Shown here: piece after piece, positions 1-9,900 of the stretch | Layout: each line of letters opens with the position of its first letter | How positions within the stretch are numbered: position 1 is the first letter of the stretch | Translations under genes and position numbers: made by a program | The notes under the pieces: generated by a model | Seen by the model: only the letters and a program-made list of their open reading frames with translations | The model's database searches: none | Told to the model about the DNA's origin: nothing | NCBI GenBank assembly: GCA_016788705.1 | Contig: JAEUSQ010000059.1 | Span: 20,449-84,448, forward strand | Reading direction: 5' to 3' | From: Bacteroidota Order II. bacterium | GTDB lineage: Bacteria; Bacteroidota; Rhodothermia; Rhodothermales; UBA2364 | Length of the DNA stretch: 64,000 nt

Positions 1-3000
1 ACACATCGGTCACTTGTACACCCGTAGCAGGACTGCTTCCGATGTTGTTTACCGTAATTGTATAGGTAAGTACATCACCTGGCATCGCCATGTCGCGATC
101 TACTTGCTTGGACACGGTTAGCTTGGCTGTTCCAATAACGGTTTGCGATACAGGCGTGGTTACTGGGCCGGTTGGATCTTGCGGAGAAGAAACCGTAGCA
201 ACGTTATCCAAAGGACGCCCTTGCAAAGATGCCGGAACCGTACCACGGATGGTCACGACAACGGATTCACCCTTGGCCAAGCCGCCACCTGCAAACGTGC
301 TGATGGTAGTACTACCCGTCCACGCAACAGAAGCTGCCGTAGCATCACCCGATACGGTGAACGTTGGAGAAGCCAGTTGAAGTGCTGCTGCATCGTTTAC
401 AGTCACGCTTGTGGCATCTGCATTTCCGTCGTTCGTAATCGTAATGGTATAGGTCAGCACATCACCCACTTGTGCGGCGGTTCTGTCAACAGTTTTATTC
501 GCATTCAGGTCTGCCGTTCCAACCGCCGTTTGAACCGGAGCCGTCGTTACAGGACCTGCTGGGTCTTGTGGCGAAGAAACAGTTGCAGTGTTCGTCAAAA
601 CCGTACCAAGTGCCGATTGTGGCAAGACGCCAGTAATGGTTACGGTCATGTTTTCACCTGCGGTAAGGCCACCTGCTGGCGTCACCGTCAGACTACCCGT
701 CCAAGTACCGCTGGCTGGTGTTCCACCCACTACGGTATAAGTAGGACTGGTAAGTGCCAACGCATTCGGATCATCCACCGTTACAGTATTGGCCGTTGCC
801 GAACCGATGTTGGTAATGGTAATGGCATAGCTAATGGTATCACCCGGTTTGGCTGTTTGACGGTTTACTGCTTTGGTTGCACTTAGGCGTGCCGTACCGA
901 CGGCGGTTTCGACCGGAGGCGTTTGCTTCGGCCCACTTGGGTCTTGCGGTGAGGACACCGACGCAACGTTGCGCAATACGGTGGATTGTGCCGAGGCTGG
1001 AACCGTACCGGTAATGGTTACAGTAAACGACTCGTTCTGTGCCAAACCACCACTTAGGAACTGGGCCGCATTCAGTGTCAGGCTTCCTGTCCAGTTACCA
1101 CTGGCGGTTACGTCACCTGTGATGGCATAAGTCGGGCTGGTCAGGGCAAGCGCCTGTCCATCATCCACCGTTACTTGTGTAGCGGCTGCGGTTCCGTTGT
1201 TGCGCACCACAATGGTATAAATAAGCGGATCGCCTGGCTTGGCCGCTTGTTTATCTACCGTTTTGCTTGCCGAGAGACTCGCCGTTCCTACAGCCGTTTG
1301 AACCGTCGGGGTTACAGTTGGTCCAGTAGGATCTTGCGGAGACGTAATTTGTGCGGTATTGCTAATGACCGTGCCTTGCGCCGAGGCCGGAACCGTACCC
1401 GTAATGGCCAAGGTTACAGACTCGCCCGAAGCAAGGGCGTTGCCCGCAAACTGGGCACCACTTAAGGTAAGGCTTCCCGCCCATGCACCCGTACCCGTTG
1501 CGTCGCCCGTAAGCGCATAAGTGGGGCTACTGAGCGCCAATGCATTTTGGTCATTGATGGTTACTTGGGTGGCATTAGCCGGACCGTCGTTGCGTACCAC
1601 AATGGTATAAGTAACAGTATCACCTGGCTTAGCGGTTGCTTTATCTACTGCCTTAGAAGCACTCAGGTCTGCTGCACCCACTGTTGTAGTAACAGGCGGC
1701 GTGGTAAACGGACTGCTTGGATCTTGTGGCGAAGTTACTTGTGCCACATTCGAGATCACCGAGCCTTGAGAGGAAGCCGGAACTGTGCCTTGGATGGTCA
1801 TGACCACCGATTCACCCGGGGCCAGATTACCCGCAACAAACGTGGAGAGGGTCAACGAGCCAGTCCATGTACCACTACCCGATGCGTCGCCTACCATATT
1901 GTAGGTGGGGCTTGTCAGGTTGGTGGCCTGTGCATCATTGATTGTTACACTCGTAGCTGGGCTGTTGCCTTCGTTCCGGACGGTGATGGTATAGATCAAA
2001 ACATCACCCGGTTTGGCAGCTGCTTGGTTTACGGTCTTAACAGCTGTAATCTTTGCAGTACCAACAACCGTACTCACCGGATCGGTATTGGCCGGCCCTG
2101 TTGGGTCTTGTGGCGAAGAAACTTGCGCGGTATTTGTCAATACGCGGCCCTGGAACGAAGCCGTTACGTTGCCCGTGATTTCGATGCGCAGGCTTTCTCC
2201 ACTTGCAAGACCACCACCCGTAAAGGTTGTCAAGGTCAGCGAGCCGGTCCAGTTTCCGGAGCCAGTTGCATCGCCAGAGACCGTATAGGTCGGGTTTTGC
2301 AACGAGAGCGCGCCACCATCTGTGATCGTCACTTGGGTGGCCGGACTGGTTCCTACGTTGGTCACATCAATGGTGTAGCGGATGGCTTCGCCCACTTGTG
2401 CAGCGGTTTTGTCCACACGCTTCACCGCCACCAAGTCTGCCGTTCCGATTACTGTTTGTACGGGCGGCGTGGTTACTGGCCCGGTCGGATCGTTTGGAGC
2501 AGTCGCTTGTGCTACGTTATCAATGGCGCGGCCCTGGAAGGCAGCACCCACGGTTCCGGTAATGCGAAGCGTAATGCTTTCGCCAGCGGCTAATGTTCCA
2601 CCCGTGAGGGTTGGCGTAATGGTTCCCGTCCAAGCACCCGTTCCGGTAGCATCACCAGATAGGGTATAGGTTGGGGTATCTAATTGCGAGGCAATCGGGT
2701 CATTGATCGTTACAGCTGTGGCAGCGCTGGTTCCATCGTTCCGTACCACAATGGTATAGGTAAGCGACTCACCCACGCGGGCTGCGGTCTTATCAACGGT
2801 TTTGGTAATATTGAGATCAGGCGTGCCAACGGCGGTCTGGACCGGAGTCGAGGGCTTGACACCTTGCGGATCATCTGGCGAAGACACTTGTGCGATGTTC
2901 TCAATTACACGGCCCTGCCATTCAGGATGAACGGTACCACGAATAATGATGGTGATGATGTCGTTCGGAGCAAAGTTGCCACCCGTGAAGGTGGTAATGG

Positions 3001-3950
3001 TTTGCGCACCCGTCCAAGCCCCAGCACCAGTGGCATCACCACTCATGGTAAAGGTCGGATTATTCAAGACCAACGCACCCGCATCCGAAACATTAAGGCT
3101 AAAGGCTGGCGCATTTCCTTGGTTACGAACCGTGAGGGTATAGACAATTTCATCTCCTACGATGGCTGCATTACGGTTCACCACTTTCTCGATCGTAACG
3201 TTTGGCACGCCGATACAGGTCTTAACCGGAAGAGAGGTTTCTGGACCACTCGGATCATCCGGCGAATCCACTTGTGCGGTATTCTCGATGATGCGGCAAC
3301 ACAAACTCGTCGGAATCGTCCCTCGAATGACCACATTTACCGTTTGGTTCGGGCGGATCGGATCTGGCAGGTTGATCACCCCTGTTGCAGGCCATGCAGC
3401 AAAAGCGCCACCATCCACACTATATTCCGGATTTTCGAGTACACCCGTGATGCCTGGATCACGTAGTACCGTTTGCTTCGCATCTGCCGGCCCAATATTT
3501 TGTACCGTAATGGTGTAAGAAAGGGCTTCTCCCGGATTCGCAACCGCTTTATCTACTCGTTTGTAAATACGGAGGTCGGCAGTGGAGTCCGGAACAATTT
3601 CATCTTCATCGCAGGTCGGATCATTGTCACACGGCTGTTGTGGATCATCCGGACCATTAACAATGGCAATGTTTTTATATGGGCCATTTGCAAGCACCCT
3701 CGTAACCATCGTCAGTACAGGTGTGGTATTGGCCGCCACATCTCCGACGGTCCAGATATGGGTGGCAGGGTTATAAGAGCCTTGTGTTGCAGTGCTGCTT
3801 ACATATTGGAGACCTGCCGGAAGTTGATCCGTTACTTCGGTCGCATAGGAGGTTCCTGGGCCAGTATTCGTCAGCCTAATCGTCCATGTCACGTTTTGGC
3901 CTACGGCTACGCGACGACGATTCGGGGTCTTGGTAATGGTCAGGTTCGGC
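1..3950 (-). repeat. Tandem coding repeats, >=10 units of about 372-390 nt (about 125-130 aa), DUF11/TIGR01451-like
   Basis: The marker encoding (L/I)xYTIxV recurs near 55, 435, 815, 1205, 1595, 1985, 2355, 2745, 3135 and 3505. Example of a translated unit: KTVDRTAAQVGDVLTYTITITNDGNADATSVTVND...TIRGTVPASLQGRPLDNVATVSSPQDPTGPVTTPV. Units are diverged, not identical. Confidence 0.8.
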
Positions 3951-6900
3951 GGTAAGTAAATCCCAAAGTCCACCGTATAGTTCGCATTCGCGTCTGGCGT
4001 CGTATCGGCCAAGCCCGGTGTAGCACCTTCACCCGTGGGCTGATTGCCCGGGGTTAGGGTGACGGGTTGTGCGCGAACCGTTGCTGCACCAATCAATATA
4101 GTACCGTTATCGTCCATATCGTCTCGGTCGGAGTCAGGATCACCCGCATCTACCGTACTGGAACGATAGTTTGGCGGCATGACGATTTCGACGATGTACG
4201 TATCTGCCCCAATGTCTTTAAACAGGTAGAAACCTTGTGCATTGGTAGTTGTGGTAGCCAATGCGGGTCCGTCTGGATTACTGTCGTTGTTGCTGTCTTT
4301 GTACAGACGAACAGGGATATTGGCGACACCAGGCTCGGTTCCATCCTTGCTACCGTTGTTGTTACGGTCCTCCCAAACATGGTTCCCCAAGGAAACAGGT
4401 TGATAGATACCAAAGTCCACGGTATAGTTTCCATTAAGATCCGAAACTGAATCGGAGAGGCCCAGTGTGGGCAATTCACCAACAGGCTCGCTATTGATCA
4501 CCAAAGTAACGGGCAAGGCGCGGATTGCTCCGCCACCATTTCCAACACCGTTGTCATCCAAATCATCGGCATCGGTGTCTGCATCACCAGCATCGGGTGC
4601 AGATGAGACATAGCCAGTAGGCGCAACAATTTCAACGATATAGGTATCGGGCGTAAGATCGGTAAACAGGTAATAACCTTGCGCATTGGTGGTCATATTC
4701 TTGATCGGCGCACCATCCGGCGACCCGTCGTTGTTGCTATCGCGGTAGAGGTTTACCGGAACGTTAGCAACGCCTGCTTCACCAGCATCTTCGATACCAT
4801 TGTTGTTCGGGTCGTTCCAGACGCGGTTTCCGAGCGACATCGCACGCCATAGGCCAAAGTCCACCGTATAGTTGGCATTCGCATCGGGTGTGGTGTCTGT
4901 CCAACCTGTGGTGGCCCCTTCGCCCGTAGGCTCGGTTCCCGGCATCAACATCACATTGGAGGAGCGAATCCGGCCATTGGTCAGGATGACCCCATTGTCG
5001 TCGCCGTCATCTGCATCGGTATCGGGATCACCCGCATCAACCGTACTGGAAGAATAGCCAGCAGGTGGTACGATTTCCACGATATAGGTATCTTCCGGCA
5101 AGTTGGTAAACAAATAGAAGCCTTGGCTATTCGTAACAGCCTGTGCAATCGATGTCGGAGAATCTGGCGATTCATCTTTATCAGAATCTTTGTATAGATA
5201 AACGGTCACATTTCCAATACCATTTTCGGCACCTTCCTTCAAGCCATTATTGTTGGTGTCTTCCCACACCAAGTTGCCCAACGACATTGGTTGCCAAATA
5301 CCAAAGTCTAAGGTATAGTTGGCGTTTGCATCTGGTGTGGTATCGCTGATAGAAGGCGTAGTCGGCTCCCCAACAGGTTGTGTCCCACCACTCAAGGTAA
5401 CAGACTTGCTGATAATCACGCCACCAGCGGTTCCAACCCCATTATCGTCCAAATCATCGCGGTCGCTGTCTGGATCTCCCGCATCTGGCGTAGAAGAAAC
5501 ATAACCCGCAGGCGCGGTGACATCCACGATATACGTATTGGGTAATAAGTCGGTAAAGAGATAATACCCTTGTGCATTGGTGGTTTGTGTAGCCAATGCC
5601 GCACCATCCGGCGTTCCGTCGTTGTTGGCATCGCGATAGAGGCGCACCGTCACATTGGAGACGCCAATTTCACTTGGATCGTCTATACCGTTGTTGTTGC
5701 GGTCGTACCACACGCGGTTTCCGAGAGAGAGTGGGCTATAGAAGCCAAAGTCAACGGTATAGTTGGCATTGCGATCGGTAACGGCATCTGCCCAACCCGG
5801 TGTAGCAGGTTCACCTTGTGGTTCGGCATCGGTAGCCAATGTAACTGGATTGCTACGAACCTTTCCACCCACCTGCACCACACCATTATCGTCGGCGTCG
5901 TCGGCATCGGTATCAGGATCACCCGCATCTACCGTACTGGAAATATAACCCGTTGGCGGCATCACCTCCACGATATAGGTATCGGGTGCGAGGTCAGTAA
6001 AGAGGTAATATCCATCGGTATTCGTCAGTACGGAGTTTAGCGCACCGCCATCTGGCGTTCCGTCGTTATTGGTGTCGCGGTAGAGCGTTACCATTACGTT
6101 CGGGAGGCCAATTTCCGTTGGATCGTTTAGACCGTTGTTATTTTCGTCGTACCAAACGCGGTTCCCGAGCGAGAGAGACGGGCGATAGAGACCAAAGTCT
6201 AAAGTATAGTTGGCGTTGTTATCAGAAGAACCATCGGTAAAGCCCGGTGTGGATGGCTCACCTGTTGGGGCGGCATCGGCCATGAGCATAATGGTTCCAC
6301 TACGGATATTTCCACCAGCCGCACCAATACCATTATCGTCGTTGTCGTCTGGATCCGTATTGGGGTTTACGGCATCAGGTGTAGAAGAAACATATGTTGC
6401 AGGTGCAACCACTTCCACCATGTAACTATCGGCCAATAGGTTGGTGAAGAGATAGTATCCAGTCGAGTTCGTAGTTTGTGTGGCAATGGCCGCCCCATCC
6501 GGTGTACCATTTTTGTCGGTATCACGGTATAGGCGAACGGTAATCCCAGAGGCGCCGTTTTCACCCGGATCCACTACGCCATTGTTGTTTACATCATACC
6601 AAACCAAGTTGCCCAGAGACATTGGCTTCCAGATACCAAAGTCAACGGTATAGTTGGCATTTGCATCTGGTGTGGTATCGGTAATGCCCGGTGTAGCAGG
6701 CTCGCCGGTTGGCTGAGTTCCAGCCATGACCATTACATTGGTCGCCCGTACTTTATTGCCCGAAACCACTGTACCATTGTCGTCGAGGTCGTCACGGTCG
6801 GTGTCTGGATCACCCGCATCTACGGTAGAAGAAGCATACCCCGTCGGGAGCATAATCTCTACGATGTAGGTATCTTCGAGCAAATTCGTGAACAAGTAAT

Positions 6901-9900
6901 AACCGTCTGCATTGGTGGTCGTGGTTGCAACAGGCGTTGCGGAGTCTGGCGTTTCGTCTTTGTTGCTGTCTTTATACAAGTTCACCATCACACCAGAGAC
7001 ACCCGTTTCTGCGGGCTGATTGATGCCGTCGTTGTTCACATCGTTCCAAACACGATTACCCAGTGATACGGGTTGCCAGAGACCAAAGTCAACGGTATAG
7101 TTGCTGTTGTTGTCGGGGGTGCTGTCCACCACCGTTCCGAGGAGGTCGCCCGTAGGCTCACTGTTCAGCAAGACATCTACCGGAAGCGAGCGGTATTTTC
7201 CACCAACAAAGACCATCCCGTTGTCGTCGGAGTCAATATCATTGTCTGGATCACCCCCATCCACTGTGGAAGAAGTATATCCAGTGGGTGGCATGATTTC
7301 TACGATATAGGTATCAGGCGTAAGGGCTGTAAAGATATAATAGCCTTGTGCATTGGTGGTGGTGGTGGCAATTGAAGCGCCATCCGGTGTGCCATCGCGG
7401 TTGGTATCGCGGAATAGGCTTACCATCACATTTTGGATACCACTTTCTGTCGGATCTATGATCCCGTTATTGTTCAGATCATACCAAACACGGTTTCCAA
7501 GTGAAAGCGTGACAACATTGATCGCAGCTGGATCGTGGTCGTCCTCGTCCACCTTCGTCGGATCAGCAACGGGCTTGTTGTCGTCAATTTTATCATCGGT
7601 GAGTGTACCAACTTGGCCACCACGGTCATTCGAGGAATTGGTATCCGGCGTAGAATCCACATCCACACCCGGCGTTCCATCAATCTTTTGTGCGGCTGAA
7701 ATTTCTGCCAAGTTCACCAATTGTCCAGCAGTCGCCGTTGGAAGTACACGCAGGGTGATATCTACGGTTGTAGAAGCACCCATTGCGAGTGGTCCTGGGA
7801 TGGTAATGGTGGCATTAGCACCCGCAGCCGTCCAGTCGGTATCATTGAGCTGCATTCCAGCCGGAATGTAGTCGGTAACCTGAATATTTTGTGCGGCAAC
7901 CGAACCCTGGTTATAAACGGTGATTGTGAAAGTCACGTTATCACCAGCGGCAACGGTCGGGGCTTGTCCGGTCGCCAGGGTTTTCTTCAGCGCAAGGTCA
8001 AAGATTTGGGGCGGAGCCACATTGATTTGAGCCGGATCGTGGTCGTCCTCATCCGCCGGATTGGTGGTGGCATTGCCATCCACTTTGTCATCGGTGGTAG
8101 AGTTCGGTACGCCACCTGGATCATTGGATGGATTATTGTCTGGCGTAGAGTCTATATCCGTTCCACCAGTCGCTGCCGAGATTTCTGCATAGTTGGTGAT
8201 TGGCCCAGTTGGAGCAGCGGCACCAACACGCAGGATCAGATCCACCGTCGTAGAAGCGCCAGCAGCCAAAGGGCCCGCAATCGTACGGGTGGCATTGGTT
8301 CCGGCTGCTGTCCAAGCCGGATCATTCAAGGTCATTCCCGTCGGGATATAATCTGTAATCGTTATATTTGTAGCTGGAGCTTGACCTTGGTTATAAACAG
8401 TAATTGTAAAGGTTACATTATCTCCCGGAAATACCGTAGCAGCTTGGCCCGTTGCCAACGTTTTCTTCAGCGCAAGGTCAAAGACCGGATTCACCGTGAG
8501 GTCAGCATAGTCGTTATCGTCTTCATCGTCGGTAGGGTTTGCGGTACGGTTTTCCGTAATTACATCGTCTTTAACCGTTCCCCCCGAAACAGAGCCGTCG
8601 TTCGGGTCGGTACCTGTTCCGGTAACATTGTCTATCCCGGTATTGGTATCCGGCGTAGAATCCACATCATCTCCACTATCCAGCGATATTTCCGCCCAGT
8701 TCCGCATGATGGATTGTGTGGCATCGGTTACCCTAACCCGAATGTTGATCTGAGCTGTGTTGCCCGGCGCCAGCGTATCTAAGAAGTTACAAGTCAAAAC
8801 CTGACCACTCGGCGCACAGGCAAATCCGGTTCCTGTTGCATTAATGTATTGCATACCACTCGGAATCTGGTCAGTCACCGAGAAGGTGCCGGATGGTGCA
8901 GAGCCCTGATTAAAGACCGTCACCACATAGTCCACATTATCACCCTGATTTACAGGGTTGGCTTGTCCAGCCGCAAGGGTCTTGCGAAGTGCAAGGTCAT
9001 ACACCTGAACACCCGCCACGTCTTCATAATCGTTGTCGTCTTCGTCGTCGTTTCCGGTGTAGTCTATGTTGTTGTGGTTATTCACCACGTCGTTAGGATC
9101 GGTGCCTGTTCCAGTTAAATCGTCTTTACCCGTATTGGAGTCAGGCGTAGAGTCGCGGTCATCACCGCTATCGGAAGAGATTTCCGCCCAGTTACGGAAA
9201 GGACCTTGGGTGGCATCAACCAAGTTTAGGCGGAGATTGATCGTGGCCGTAGCACCCACAGCTATACCAGCAGCATGGGCACAGGAAACCGCACCAGCCA
9301 AGTTTGGCGTACCACAGATAAAGCCCGAACCACTTGCGCTGACAAAACTCATCCCACCCGGAATCTGCTCTGTTACTACAAAGGTACCAGATGGGACCTG
9401 GCCTTGGTTCTTGACCGTGATCACATAGTCCACCGTAGAACCTTGCGTGACCGTAGCCGCCTGACCTACTGCGAGGGTTTTGATCAGGGCAAGATCATAA
9501 ATGGGGGTGAGGGTGATCTCGGCCCAGTCGTGATCGTCTTCATCGCCACCCGTGGTGCCGTTTTCGGTAATCACATCATTCTTGGCCACAGGCTCCACCT
9601 CCCCAGGCTGGTTACCATTTGTGCCATCGGGGGTAGAATCTATATCGGTACCACCTGTTGCCGAGGAAATTTCCGCGATGTTGCGGAGTGTACCCGTTGC
9701 AGTGGCATCAATGTTAAAGGTAATGTCTCGCGTTGTACTGCCCCCTGCAGCCAAACTGGGGATGGGTGACTGTAACGTCGCCTTCCCCCCCGAAGCAGAC
9801 CAAGCGGGGTCGTTCAATGTCAACCCTGTCGGGATATAGTCTGTGAGCTGAACATTGGTGGCATCGGTACCGCCTTGGTTTGTCACCGTAATGGTAAATG

